DNA of 63,639 nucleotides, filler included, from an uncultured Ignavibacteriales bacterium (GCA_964611355.1; 5 parts of 5 records of this genome joined end to end with filler, not necessarily neighbours in it), one strand, 5' to 3'. Counted from the whole stretch's first letter, positions 31,901 to 42,636 are shown. Program-made: numbers and translations. The notes: a model not told the origin generated them from the sequence alone.

Positions 31901-32167
31901 ATGCTGGTAGTCATAGCTGGTGATACCTATTTGCAGACCGACGGCATTGGTAGCCACGGTGGAAAAAGACACCATGGAAGCTTTGCCTGACGCGGCCAAC
32001 GATAGATCTTCAGCTCCCCCAAAGCCGTATATCGGCGCCAGACGGGCGGGAATAGCTGCTCTGTTGGGGAGCGGTTTTATCGGTTTATCGGCGCCGAGGG
32101 CCGGCGGCGAAGCAATGAAGATTAATATGAAGCTGAGGAGGGACGCGGCTGCAAGTTTACTTGTCAT
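28910..32167 (-). CDS. Secreted 1085-aa protein: propeller-like N-region, Ig-like domain and C-terminal type I dockerin
   Basis: Signal peptide; Asp-box-like S.EQGADW / SNNQGLNW; GDANHDG..DIAD / GDTNADG.VNIGD dockerin duplicate; AAGGAG RBS. Confidence 0.88.
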   Translation of the reverse strand: MTSKLAAASLLSFILIFIASPPALGADKPIKPLPNRAAIPARLAPIYGFGGAEDLSLAASGKASMVSFSTVATNAVGLQIGITSYDYQHNCSMGRQVEHRNTDFLHFDWMKQTSFEYPGDRVVAYEAYDLELCNVIFGSGGGEVNSGYGGYVCVDVDEYSRAVPVAHAGSTSGDMASRAWWDFGTGGPQGLFTYNDYPDDKYGWYQNAGIGPTNQNLWPKIDWQTGTETILHMVCAESGGSGGDPQTISYYRRVGPYGEETGPGGSTAQWSAQRLIDTVMNINAVVAASPISDKVAIAWNAPVDYRRDQSAEIEYNNQYENDVWYAVSTEQGADWIANIGNGSIGHEVDNGRHNITKYDSLSSWKAYCDMSALISADNNLHIVWGCRRWEGTSVLFRRQSAIFHWSEDMPVIRPVVKAEWDTGGYCFGHSWGSDAAKMSISECDGKLYVLYTQFGNANAPCYDVDAVNSVINGELYLTASNNQGLNWDKPQNLTNTVTDSCVPGDCESDYWASMARYGRIDESGCQGITQGTPVLDIIYINDRSAGGAIQVESGVWTTNPVMWFPTVCRDIVAEPDYEDNAPDAYGECYGEEPLVLEPGRDTVITFTIENEGTLDNNFSVGVNYTSGLDWINVQPASGVVESGLNNSREISMAISAPSMAPDPSVWLAEVVISHYAEGSPRIIPICLMVASEFIRPEASVLATACTRVKVFNTGELVKNTAYAALDFAGDCDTLNQFTNSAVYLSDASPVICRIDGNGDTLRFMSFSREFTGNDALRPLSPLTLDETGNPDYNYASSVFATADTAIGFMAEYYLPVGVGDCSFVIEKLSFFNMTSEAMPDVLVGEILDWDVPSDSGVDNGSGYDISRQLIYHFGAEYDQDDATEVLCPQESDDRFGGIAAGPGASFKNAMTLENATYIYNGGPYGDDAPLPPGPTYRLMKESDVFSIYQSQNPDSQYTDISTLVTFGEYDLVPGDTECVVKILAASRDGLPYLTDMIDIAHDFIADHPEIGCLGGGDCDVPGDANHDGVNDIADMVYILNFVFSKGPTPVYMAEGDTNADGMVNIGDVVYLINYFMKGGPEPVCP

Positions 32168-32390
32168 TTGGTTCTCCTTTCTTATGCAGCGGTCGCAATT
32201 CGTGCAAACATCTTAGCTCTGTCCGGCGAGCCCTGATGCCTCACCATGTACCGAGGTCATTCGTGCCCGCGAACTTGCCATGTCCCTCCAGCATCCTTCC
32301 TGATTTATGATATTTTTCCGTATCGGGGAGCCGGGGTCGCCTCCCGACCTCGCCTCCCTGACGATAACCGATTCGTTTATCTCCTTTTCA

Positions 32391-35300
32391 TTATTTACCC
32401 TGATATGGCCGCGGTCCGCTCTTGAAGATGTAGTTAACCAGATAGATGGCATCGGAGAGATTGATTCGGCCGTCAAAATTGGCATCGGCCGCTTCATCTA
32501 CCACCGGCGGTTCGCCGTCTCTGAAAATATAGACGATAAGGAAGGTAACATCGCCGATATTTACCTGTTGGTCATTATTGGCATCGCCGCGCGCCAACGA
32601 CACGACGCTGATATGACTGATGACCGTATCCGCCGCCCCGCCCGTATCGGTGGCGATATACTGGAAATTGAAAGTAAATCCAACATGCGATTCTTCGGGC
32701 AGCCAGACCATGTCGCCGACGCCGTTCCCGGAATCGACAAAGACGACACCGGTGGGGTTGCCGATCAGGGAAAGGATAATCGAGTCTTTTTCCGGATCCG
32801 CGGTAATTATATGTTGATGTATGGGATCGCCCAGGATGACCGTCTCATTCTCAGGCGGCGGGGGATCGAAATAAGGCGGCTGATTGCCGGCTTCCACAAC
32901 CGTTATAGTAACATATTCGGAATCGGACTTGGTAATGTTAGTGGCCACAAACAGCACGATATATTCGCCGGCTTGCAGATAATCGGGCGTGAACCGGAAT
33001 GTCCTGGGCACGCCGGTACCCAGCAGTACCGAATTCGCGGGTGCGTCATAGACATCGACAGTTGGGGTTCCGCCGCCGGGATCGGTAGCGTTAACCTCAA
33101 ATTCCAGCGTATCTCCTTCTGTAACCGACCTGGGACCGATCGGATCGAGAACCGGGGTCGCCTCAACGTCATAGACCGTGAATACCCATTTCTGCGTGGC
33201 CGTGGAATCGTTCGGGTAGCGCGCGTCGCCGTCGTGGGCCACAAAGTGAACATCAAAAGTCCCGGCCTGAGTATAATCTGGCGTAACCACCATGTAGCCG
33301 AAGCCGTCCAAAGAATCGGTAAAGGTGAAGTTTGGATACTCCTCATTCATCGACAGAAGCGGCAATATGCCGTCATCGTCACCGGCTTCGACACGGAAAA
33401 CAAGGGTATCCCCTTCGTTGACTTCCGTGCTTTGGCCGCTGAACGGATTGGGGATAATCCACGGCATCCGGTTGTTGTTTTCCACTATGATTTCTATGGT
33501 AATACTGTCCACCAGTAATGGATCGGTTCCGTCGGTGGCATAGAAGGTGACAGTGTCGGTGCTTTCGTCATCGTAGCCGGTCGCCCAGTCAAATGTGCCG
33601 GTGTAATCCAGGTTATCCACGAAAGTGGCCGTGCCCGGGAGCGTCGAAGTCGTCAGAATCGGCACTACCGAATCGACGTCAACCACGCTAATGTCGAAAT
33701 CTATCGGGTCAGTTTCAATAACATGGACGTTACTTATCGGGTCAAGATCCGGCATCTGGTTGCCGATATCAGTCACCGTTATCCGAACCAGTTGGCTGTC
33801 GGCCAATTCACCGTCAGTGGCAATGAAGTAAATATCATAGTCACCCTGCTGCGTGAAATACGGCGTAAAGGTAAAGGTCGCCGTGCCGTCGCCGCTGTTA
33901 ACCAGTTCGGCATTGTCCGGAATCGTGTCGGTTTCAAAAGTAGGCAAACTACCGTCAGGATCGTCGCCGGAGATGGTAAAGATCAGAGTCTCGGTCTCCA
34001 GCACTTCCTGATCGGGTATAAAGAACAGGTTCGGAGGCTGGTTGCCGGCTTCCAATACCTGTATCAGAACCGTCTCTTTATCAACGTCAATTCCGTCCGT
34101 GGCCTCGAAGACCACTCCATAAAGACCTGACATTATAAACGTTGGCCTGAAGGTAAAAGTGCCGGTTCCGTCAAGATTGTCGACAAAGGATGCGCTGTCG
34201 GGAAGATCGCTGGCGACCAGAGCAGGAATTTCTCCTTCGGGATCAGTGGCCGTAATGGTGAAGATCAGGGTGTCGCCTTCAAGTATCATCTTCGGTCCGA
34301 TATATTCGAGAACCGGCGGCTGATTGGAAGCAACCACCTCGATTTCGACGTCGATCCAGTCCGACATCTGCGGCGTGCCTTCATCGACAACAATGAACCG
34401 TACCGTTAAAATACCGACCTGGCTGAGAACCGGCGTAAAGCTGAACAGGCCGGTATCATTACCATAATCGACAAAATCGGAATTACCAGGCAAACCGGAA
34501 GCGGTCAGATAGAGTTTTCCTCCGGTCTGGTCGGTCGAATCATGGGCGGTTACGGTAAACTCCAGCGTCCGGCCAACCTTGGTGCCAAACGGCCCAATCG
34601 AATCGATAGTCGGAGGCTGATTAATCTCAAATGTAGTAACTTCGACCACCTCTGCATCAGAAAGCGGCGGTGTTCCGTTATCGGTGGCGAATATCCGGAG
34701 GGTATCAATACCGGCTGAAAAGTAATCAGGCATATATGTCAGCACGGCCGTACCGTCGAAATTATCCGCCAGTGTTATACCGGTCATCGGCTGGTTGGAA
34801 GTATAGGAAAAGACTATCGAATCCCCGTCGGGATCGGTAGCCGAGATATTTATGGTCAGCGTGTCGCCCTCATAAATCATCTGCGACGGTATCGAGTCCA
34901 TAACCGGCGCAAGGTTACCCAGTTCGGACACCGTCACCAGTACCAGTTCGCTGTCGGCCAGGACGCCGTCGTCGGCAATGAAGGTGACACCGTAAACTCC
35001 GGCCTGGGTAAAGTCGGGCGTAAAATCAAAAGTCCCGGTTCCGTCAAGGTTGTCAACAAAATCGGCACCCGTCGGCAGATTCAACGCCGTCAGACCCGGG
35101 ATGGTTCCATCAGGGTCGGAAGCGGTAATGATGAAATTGAGTAGCTCGCCTTCGATGACAAACCTGGGACCGATCGAGTCGAGGATCGGCGCCTGGTTTC
35201 CGGCTTCAGCAATGGTTATTACCACCAGTTCGGAATCTGTATCGGTACCGTCGCCGGCATAGAAGGTAATATTGTGCACTCCGGCCTGGGCAAAATCCGG

Positions 35301-37895
35301 CGTGAATTCAAACAGGCCGACGCCATTCAAGCTGTCGGTAAAGAATGCGTTGGGCGGCAGAGTTGACGTCGTAAGTTCCGGAATGCTACCGTCCGGGTCG
35401 GAGGCCGTTACAAGAAAGCTCAGCAAAACTCCTTCCGTACCCGGCTTGGGGCCGATGGGATCGAGAACAGGTTCCCGGTTGGTATTGAGAACCGTGATAA
35501 TCACCACTTCGGAATCGACCAGCGCACCGTCAAATGCCTTGAACGTAACCGGATAATCGCCTTCCTGATCAAAAGTGGGATTGAAGTCAAAGGTTCCGGT
35601 ACCGTCTCCGTGATCCGTAAAAGTGGCATTCTCCAAATCGGCCGCCGATAAAGACGGGATCGTACCGTCGGGATCGGAACCGGTAACGGTCAGATTAAGA
35701 TTCGTATTTTCATAAACGATCTGATCGCCTATCGGGTCAAGAATCGGCGCCTGATTGCCCTCCTCATTTACCGTTATCTCAACCACCTCGGAATCGATAT
35801 CAACACCATCATCGGCGTAGAAGGTTATCGGGTACAAGCCTGCCTGAGTGTAGTCGGGATCAAAATTAAACGTCCCGGTACCGTCACCGTTATCCACAAA
35901 GCTCACATTAGGCGGCGGAGTCGAGGTCGTGAGCGCCGGGGTAGTGCCGTCGGCATCAGACGCGGTAACGACGAAATTAAGATTTGCGCCCTCGTTAACA
36001 AGACGCGAGCCGATCGGTTCAAGCACCGGAGGCTGATTTATGTTATTTACCGTAATGGCGACTATTTCGGTGTCGGCCAACGCTCCGTCGGAGGCAATGA
36101 AAGTTACATTGTAAACGCCGGACTGAGTGAAGTCGGGCGTAAAGTCGAAGATGCCGGTACCATCGCCCTGATCGTTAAAGGTTGCTCCTACCGGACTATT
36201 CTCCGCAGACAGCACCGGGAAGGTTCCATCGGGATCGGAAGCGGTGACCGTGAAATTCAGGTTCTCGTTTTCGTTGACCGCCCTTGGGCCTATCGGATCA
36301 AGTACCGGCGGATCGTTGGTCCCCGTAACGGCAAAGATCGCCGCATTCGAATCAGTTAGAAGGCCAGGATCGGTGGCTTTGAAATAAATCGTCTCCGATC
36401 CGTTCCAGTCAACGGTCGGAATGGTGATCGTCGCAATTCTATTTACATCTACGTCAACCGTCAACTCGACGTTCCCGCTATATGTCCAGGTCATCTGGTC
36501 ATCGGTGTTATCCACGTCGCTGACATAATCGTCAAGAGTTATAGTCGCAAAGGTACCGCCTTCAGGAACAGTCTGATCGGGTATATCAGACACAACCGGA
36601 GCGTCATTGACGGCGTTGACCGTAAAGATAGCCGGGTCTTCATCATATAATGTCCCCGGATCGGTGGCCCGGAAGGTAATCGTCTCTGAATCGTTCCAGT
36701 CAACGTTGGGAATTGTGATCGTAGCCACCCGGTTGACATCTATATCAACCGAAAGTTCGATATTGCCGCTGTACGTCCAGGTCATTTCAGCGTCGGTATT
36801 GTCAAGGTCGCTGACATAATCGTCAAGGTTGATGGTCGCAAAGATTGAGCCTTCATCTATTATCTGGTCTGGAATATCAGAAACTACGGGGGCTTCGTTG
36901 GCGACATACGTAAACCCGCCGACCAGCGTGGACGAAAGGCCGGAAGCTGTATTGGTGACTACGATATCGACCGCGCCCTCCGTTCCGGCAGGCGTTTCAC
37001 CGGTTATTTCAAAAGGCGAAACGATTACCAGCGATGTCAGAGCGGCTCCGCCTATAGTCGCCGTGGCGGCAGCAGCATCAAAACCGCTGCCGGTAATGGT
37101 TACCGACGTGCCGCCGATCGTAAAACCGCTGTTGGGGATTATGGCATTCACGAAAGGGGCTTCGACCGTGGCCGAATTGACCGTAATAATCCCGGAATGA
37201 GGACTCAGATTCGTGGAGCCGTCCTCGGCAATAACCACATAATCATATTCGCTTACGCCATCCACACCGGTATCAACAAAGAAACTGTCAGCCACTCCGG
37301 GGTTGGCAAGCGATCCGGACGGATCGTCAATCCTGAAAAAGGAGCCATCCGAGGTTGCCGGCCGTCGATACACATGATAGGTATGACCGGCAACGCCGTT
37401 CCAACTAACTACTATTGAAGAGGATGAGACGGTTCGGCCGGTCAGACCTGTCGGAGCCGCCGGCCAGGAGATCGACGCGAGGACGATATTTTCCTCCTGG
37501 TACGAATTATCCGGGATCAGCTTGGACAGGACATACCCCTCCCCATTAGTGGAATTATAGAAATGGTGGTCATACGGATTACCCGGGGCTTCGGTGAGAT
37601 AGTTTTGGAAATCGTCGTACCAGTTACCGGCATCGTAACCGGCCCCGATAGATGATTCCAGACGTATCTCTTCGTCGGTATCATCCAGATAACCGAAAAA
37701 GTTGATCTCCCCATTGGCCGGAACGGTGGCATCGAAGTTATTCACCGTTCCATAAATTGAACCCTGGGCAAATGCCGCCGATGTCGACAGAAGAGTCAAC
37801 GCCACGACCAGCGCCGGGAACAGCCTCTTCAATGGTCGATCTTTATGGGCACTCACTTTTGCACCTCCATGTATGGCTGACAGAAGACATTTCAT
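32391..37895 (-). CDS. Giant surface protein (1834 aa): FN3, IPT/TIG, many cadherin/Ig-like repeats and C-terminal dockerin
   Basis: Repeated N(Q/E)PP(V/I)LDPIG...ASDPDG...DNGDGTG.F.FTP units; GDANNDQQVNIGD / ADANFDGRINLSD; alternative GTG start at 37856. Confidence 0.92.
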   Translation of the reverse strand: MKCLLSAIHGGAKVSAHKDRPLKRLFPALVVALTLLSTSAAFAQGSIYGTVNNFDATVPANGEINFFGYLDDTDEEIRLESSIGAGYDAGNWYDDFQNYLTEAPGNPYDHHFYNSTNGEGYVLSKLIPDNSYQEENIVLASISWPAAPTGLTGRTVSSSSIVVSWNGVAGHTYHVYRRPATSDGSFFRIDDPSGSLANPGVADSFFVDTGVDGVSEYDYVVIAEDGSTNLSPHSGIITVNSATVEAPFVNAIIPNSGFTIGGTSVTITGSGFDAAAATATIGGAALTSLVIVSPFEITGETPAGTEGAVDIVVTNTASGLSSTLVGGFTYVANEAPVVSDIPDQIIDEGSIFATINLDDYVSDLDNTDAEMTWTYSGNIELSVDIDVNRVATITIPNVDWNDSETITFRATDPGTLYDEDPAIFTVNAVNDAPVVSDIPDQTVPEGGTFATITLDDYVSDVDNTDDQMTWTYSGNVELTVDVDVNRIATITIPTVDWNGSETIYFKATDPGLLTDSNAAIFAVTGTNDPPVLDPIGPRAVNENENLNFTVTASDPDGTFPVLSAENSPVGATFNDQGDGTGIFDFTPDFTQSGVYNVTFIASDGALADTEIVAITVNNINQPPVLEPIGSRLVNEGANLNFVVTASDADGTTPALTTSTPPPNVSFVDNGDGTGTFNFDPDYTQAGLYPITFYADDGVDIDSEVVEITVNEEGNQAPILDPIGDQIVYENTNLNLTVTGSDPDGTIPSLSAADLENATFTDHGDGTGTFDFNPTFDQEGDYPVTFKAFDGALVDSEVVIITVLNTNREPVLDPIGPKPGTEGVLLSFLVTASDPDGSIPELTTSTLPPNAFFTDSLNGVGLFEFTPDFAQAGVHNITFYAGDGTDTDSELVVITIAEAGNQAPILDSIGPRFVIEGELLNFIITASDPDGTIPGLTALNLPTGADFVDNLDGTGTFDFTPDFTQAGVYGVTFIADDGVLADSELVLVTVSELGNLAPVMDSIPSQMIYEGDTLTINISATDPDGDSIVFSYTSNQPMTGITLADNFDGTAVLTYMPDYFSAGIDTLRIFATDNGTPPLSDAEVVEVTTFEINQPPTIDSIGPFGTKVGRTLEFTVTAHDSTDQTGGKLYLTASGLPGNSDFVDYGNDTGLFSFTPVLSQVGILTVRFIVVDEGTPQMSDWIDVEIEVVASNQPPVLEYIGPKMILEGDTLIFTITATDPEGEIPALVASDLPDSASFVDNLDGTGTFTFRPTFIMSGLYGVVFEATDGIDVDKETVLIQVLEAGNQPPNLFFIPDQEVLETETLIFTISGDDPDGSLPTFETDTIPDNAELVNSGDGTATFTFTPYFTQQGDYDIYFIATDGELADSQLVRITVTDIGNQMPDLDPISNVHVIETDPIDFDISVVDVDSVVPILTTSTLPGTATFVDNLDYTGTFDWATGYDDESTDTVTFYATDGTDPLLVDSITIEIIVENNNRMPWIIPNPFSGQSTEVNEGDTLVFRVEAGDDDGILPLLSMNEEYPNFTFTDSLDGFGYMVVTPDYTQAGTFDVHFVAHDGDARYPNDSTATQKWVFTVYDVEATPVLDPIGPRSVTEGDTLEFEVNATDPGGGTPTVDVYDAPANSVLLGTGVPRTFRFTPDYLQAGEYIVLFVATNITKSDSEYVTITVVEAGNQPPYFDPPPPENETVILGDPIHQHIITADPEKDSIILSLIGNPTGVVFVDSGNGVGDMVWLPEESHVGFTFNFQYIATDTGGAADTVISHISVVSLARGDANNDQQVNIGDVTFLIVYIFRDGEPPVVDEAADANFDGRINLSDAIYLVNYIFKSGPRPYQGK

Positions 37896-37913
37896 TTTTA
37901 TATCGCTCCTTAC

Positions 37914-40900
37914 TTAGGGTCCGGGGAAGGTATCGGCGGCCGCGGCGTTAGCCTGATACGGCTTACCGGCCCGAACCGGGAAATTCACCCCGAACCCGGC
38001 TGCGAAGCGTGATTCATAGCTTTGCGAACCGGCTATATAATGGTTCAATGTATTGAAACTGCCGGGCAGGTTATCTAATACATCCTGCGCAGTGGTAAAT
38101 TCCGATTCTCGTTCAAACGGCACCGCCAGGAAACTGAAATTCGTCGTACTGGTCGTTACCAGCGGATAACTGATCGTTCCCGCCGCCGGAATGTTGCCGG
38201 CCACCGAGAAAATCGTCTCAGCCGCGGCGTTGACCTGGTATATACCGCCGACAACAACGTTGAAATTAACCCCGAATCCTGCGGCAAATCGTGATTCGAA
38301 GTTCTGAGAAGACGGCTGAAAATTATTTACCGTGTTCACGTTGCTGCGACCGATGCTGTCAATTAAATCGTCCGCCGTGGCTATTCCGCTATTTTCAAAC
38401 GGAACACAGACCAAGCTGAAATCGGTCGTACTGGTCGTAGTGATATAATAATCAAATTCGCCGACCCGGTTGGAAACGTCAGACCGATTGCTGTATATAT
38501 CTTCGGCAACAATCACGTAGAAATAATTTTTCAGGGTATCCCCCACCACATCTGCGCCGAAGATATCGTTGTCGACAAAAGTCAACGTAACGTTGTCTGT
38601 AGCGCCGATAGAATCGCTCGACTCCGGAGTGAACCAGGCAACCGTGTCGCGATAGACAATATAGCTTGCGATAGTGGTCGGCACGCCCGATGTATCCTGC
38701 GTTATGGCCGACCAGGAAAATTCGATGCCATCGCCATTGATGCCGATGGCCATATCCGTGATCGCGACCGGCGGGGCCACGTTTATTGCCAATACCTGAA
38801 CGGTATCCGGATCGGAATAAAGATCGTTGTCGTTCACGGTCAACTCAAACAGATAGGTATCCGGCGTCATTGGAACAAATGTCGGCGTTGACGAAGAAGC
38901 GTCCGAAAGCGTTACGGCCGTACCGCCGACCTGAATCCAGGCATAGTACAGGGGATCATTATCCGGGTCGCTGGAGAGCGTACCGTCAAGCATAACCGTC
39001 GTTCCGACCGGCACATCGGCCTGGTCAGCTCCGACATCGGCCACCGGGGCGCGGTTGGTATTTGTTACAGTAATAGTGACAATTTCCGAATCAGTAGCAA
39101 TGCCATCGTCGGCATAGAAAGTAACGGGGTACGGACCCTCCTGAGTATAATCGGGATTGAAATCAAACGTTCCGGTACCGTCGCCATTATCAATAAAGGA
39201 AGCATTGGTCGGCAGCGGCGTTGAGGTCGAAAGAGTCGGAATCGTCTCATCAGGATCGGATGCCGTGACCGTGAAGTTCAGGTTACNNNNNNNNNNNNNN
39301 NNNNNNNNNNNNNNNNNNNNNNNNNNNNNNNNNNNNNNNNNNNNNNNNNNNNNNNNNNNNNNNNNNNNNNNNNNNNNNNNNNNNNNATCGTCTCATCAGG
39401 ATCGGATGCCGTGACCGTGAAGTTCAGGTTACCGCCTTCAGCCACCGCCCTGTCGCCAATCGGATCAAGCTCCGGCGGCAGGTTAGTGCCCGTAACCGTA
39501 ATAGTAACAAGTTCGGAATCGGTTTCGATGCCGTCAGAGGCATAGAAAGTAACCGGGTGCAGACCCTCCTGTGTATAATCGGGATTGAAATCAAACGTCC
39601 CGGTACCGTCGCCATTGTCAATAAAGGAAGCGTTAGTCGGCAGCGGTGTGGAGGTTGAGAGAGTCGGAATCGTCTCATCAGGATCGGATGCCGTGACCGT
39701 GAAGTTCAGGTTACCGCCTTCAGTCACTGCCCTATCGCCAATCGGATCAAGCTCCGGCGGCTGGTTCCCGGCTTCAGTAACGGTTATAGTTACAAGTTCA
39801 GAGTCAATTTCCACACCGTCCGAAGCGTAGAAATTTACATAATATGCTCCAACCTGTATATAGCTGGGATTGAAAACGAAGCTGCCGGTGCCATCGCCGT
39901 TATCTGTAAACGAGGCGTTCTCAGGAAGCGGTGTTGACGTCGAGAGAACCGGAATAGTTCCATCGGGATCGCTTGCGGAAACCGGAACCGTCAGGTTCTC
40001 ACCCTCAAGGACAGATTGTGGTCCGATCGGATTCAGCACCGGCGGTTGATTACCCGCTTCGGTTACGGTTATGGTAACCAGCTCGGAATCGGTTTCGATG
40101 CCATCGCTGGCATAAAAGGTAATAGGATATGTACCGGCCTGGGTATAATCGGGGTCAAACGTAAAGCTACCGGTGCCGTCGCCGTTGTCGGTAAAGCTTG
40201 CATTATCCGGCAGAGTCGAAGTGGAGAGCACCGGGTAGGTGCCGTCGGGGTCGGAAGATGTTACCGGCACCGCCAGGTTGCCGCCTTCAACAATCGCTTG
40301 ATCTCCTACCGGGTCAAGCACCGGCGGTTGATTGCCCGCCTCGTTCACCGTAATCGTAACAAGTTCGGAATCGGTTTCAATGCCGTCGGCGGCGTAGAAA
40401 GTAACGTAATGATCTCTCGCCTGGGTATAATCCGGCGTCCAGTCAAATGTTCCCGTACCGTCACCGTTATCCGTAAAACCGGCCCCGGCGGGTAGAGCAC
40501 TGGTCGAAAGAGTCGGAATGGTCGAGTCAGGATCAGCCGCAGACACGCCAAAGTTAAGATTTATTCCTTCAGTAGTAGATCGATTGCCGATAGTAAACAG
40601 TTCCGGATGCTGGTTACCGGCTTCCTCAACGGTAATAGTCACGACTTCAGAATCAACCGCGGAGGAATCATCGGTCGCATAGAACGTAACGGTGTATATA
40701 TTCGCCTGATTATAAACCGGCGTCCAATCAAACGTCCCGCTGCCGTCGCCGTTATCTACAAAACTTGCGCCGCTGGGAAGAGTCGATGTGCTGAGACCCG
40801 GAGCCACGCCTTCGGCATCGGCAGCCGTTACGCCAAAAATCAGATTATTGCCTTCGATAATATTTTTATCTCCAATGGCCGCCAGTTCCGGAGGCTGATT

Positions 40901-41858
40901 ACCGGCTTCAATAACGTTAATGCTAACCTGTTCGGTGTCGGTGTAAACGCCATCGGTGGCGTAGAAGGATACCGGGTAAGAACCGGATTGAACATAGGTC
41001 GGCGTCCAGTTGAAAGTGCCGGTGCCATCGCCGTTGTTTGTGAAACCGGCGCCTTCCGGCAGTGTCGAAGTCGAAAGGACGGGAGTGGTGCCGTCCGGAT
41101 CAGTGGCGGAAACGCCAAAATTCATATTGACGCCTTCGGTGGTTGACTGATTGCCGATCGTATTCCAGACCGGAGGCTGATTGCCCGATTCCAGAACATT
41201 AATTGTAACAACTTCCGAATCCACCGCCGATGAATCATCGGTAACATAAAATGTTACATAATAGAATCCGGCCTGAGTGAAATCAGGAGAAAACAGGAGT
41301 CGGCCCGTGCCATCGCCGTTATCGGTGAAACTTGCATTATCCGGCAACGGTACACTCGTCGTAAGAACCGGCGGAACTTTTTCCGCATCGCTGGCGGTAA
41401 TAGTCAGATCAAGCGTTTCCCCCTCCATTATGGCCTGATCGCCGATCGGATCCAAAACCGGCAGTTGATTGCCCATTTCCACGACGGTAATGGTCACCAG
41501 CTCTGAGTCCATAGCCTCACTGTCGTCAGCATAGAAAGTGATATCAATTGGCCCCGACTGCGTGTAATCAGGATTGAAATCAAACGTACCGGTTCCGTTG
41601 CCATTGTCTGTGAATATCGCATTTGGCGGTAGCGCCGAAGTTGTCAAGATTGGTGTCGTACCTTCAATATCAGACGCCGTCACGCTAAAGTTCAGATTTT
41701 TGCCTTCATCAACCGTTTGCGGCACAATCGGGTCAAGAACAGGAGGATCATTGATGGCATTGACCGTGAAAACCGCGTCATTCGAATCAGCCAGCGACCC
41801 GGGATCGGTCGCCTTGAAATATATCGTCTCCGTTCCGTTCCAGTCGATACCGGGAATA
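37914..41858 (-). CDS. Giant cadherin/Ig-like repeat surface protein (5'-truncated, spans the internal N gap), with a PKD-like domain and a duplicated C-terminal domain
   Basis: The same repeat frame is open on both sides of the 39287-39386 gap; LDGTLSSDPD...Y.W.Q PKD-like motif; two ESRFAAGFGVNF units. Confidence 0.85.
39065..39950. repeat. Near-identical ~282-bp tandem repeats within the adhesin gene, containing a 100-N scaffold gap
   Basis: ATCGTCTCATCAGGATCGGATGCCGTGACCGTGAAGTTCAGGTTAC occurs at 39241, 39387 and 39669. Confidence 0.85.
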
Positions 41859-41958
41859 NNNNNNNNNNNNNNNNNNNNNNNNNNNNNNNNNNNNNNNNNN
41901 NNTTAATTAATTAANNNNNNNNNNNNNNNNNNNNNNNNNNNNNNNNNNNNNNNNNNNN
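41859..41958. other. Artificial contig linker
   Basis: N44-TTAATTAATTAA-N44. Confidence 0.97.
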
Positions 41959-42447
41959 GTCATAATATTCGCCGTGATCTTCCGGCTTCAATGTAATTTT
42001 CCCGTCGATAAGGTGTCGCAATTCCGCTTGGATGACCGGCAATGGTGCTTTGGCTCTACTGAAAACCCCTCGCAGGTCACTTATCTTCTCAACAATCTGC
42101 CTTTTCAGCAACGACTCTTCTATAGAAGCGGCCATACATGAGGCTTGCCTAATCTTCTCTTCCAACGTTGAGATAATACGCTCTTTATCAACGATCATAT
42201 CTCTCACAGTAGACGAGGTATCCCCACCTTTGACAAATTCTATTAAGTTGGCCAGTTCTTTTCGTTCCTTTTGAAGCTGTCTCTTCAATCGGGGCAAGTC
42301 TCCATTCCGACTTTTTAAGATAGTTTTTATATATTGGGATGTCTTCTGATACAACCATGCTACCGTATCCGGGTTCAGGAGCCTTTCAGAAATAGATTCA
42401 AACAGGATATTTTCGATCTTACGTCGGTTCACCCGAACCCCGTTAGT
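41959..42447 (-). pseudogene. Fragment resembling the C-terminal (post zinc-ribbon, coiled-coil) part of a large serine recombinase
   Basis: TNGVRVNRRKIENILFESISERLLNP followed by a coiled coil; in-frame TAA immediately upstream; more AT-rich than its flanks. Confidence 0.5.
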
Positions 42448-42607
42448 TAGTTACCGGTTATGTGGTTACTACCCGGTACGTTAACATGGTAACTCAGAGT
42501 ATCACTGAGAAGTTGTTGGTTCAGGCGCGTTCGTATTCCAGGGAAACAATCGGGCGGGCCGTCAGAAAAGAACTGGATAAGGAACCAACGGTCGCTCCCG
42601 GCCAAAG

Positions 42608-42636
42608 CTAAGTATTTCGCGGAAATCTTCCGATAA
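42608..42636 (+). promoter_or_regulatory. Possible sigma28 (FliA/SigD) promoter
   Basis: CTAAG...TCCGATAA upstream of the HDOD gene; spacing is 1 nt longer than consensus. Confidence 0.4.

Noticed and set aside
32307..33518. 403-aa plus-strand ORF and similar ORFs opposite the large surface genes
   Set aside because: Shadow frames of strongly supported minus-strand genes
37914..39044. 376-aa ORF as a separate gene
   Set aside because: The frame stays open upstream to the N gap; it is the C-terminus of the giant repeat protein
39241..39720. Repeats as a CRISPR array or DGR template/variable pair
   Set aside because: Repeats are in-frame coding units with no unique spacers; no cas or reverse transcriptase gene in the window
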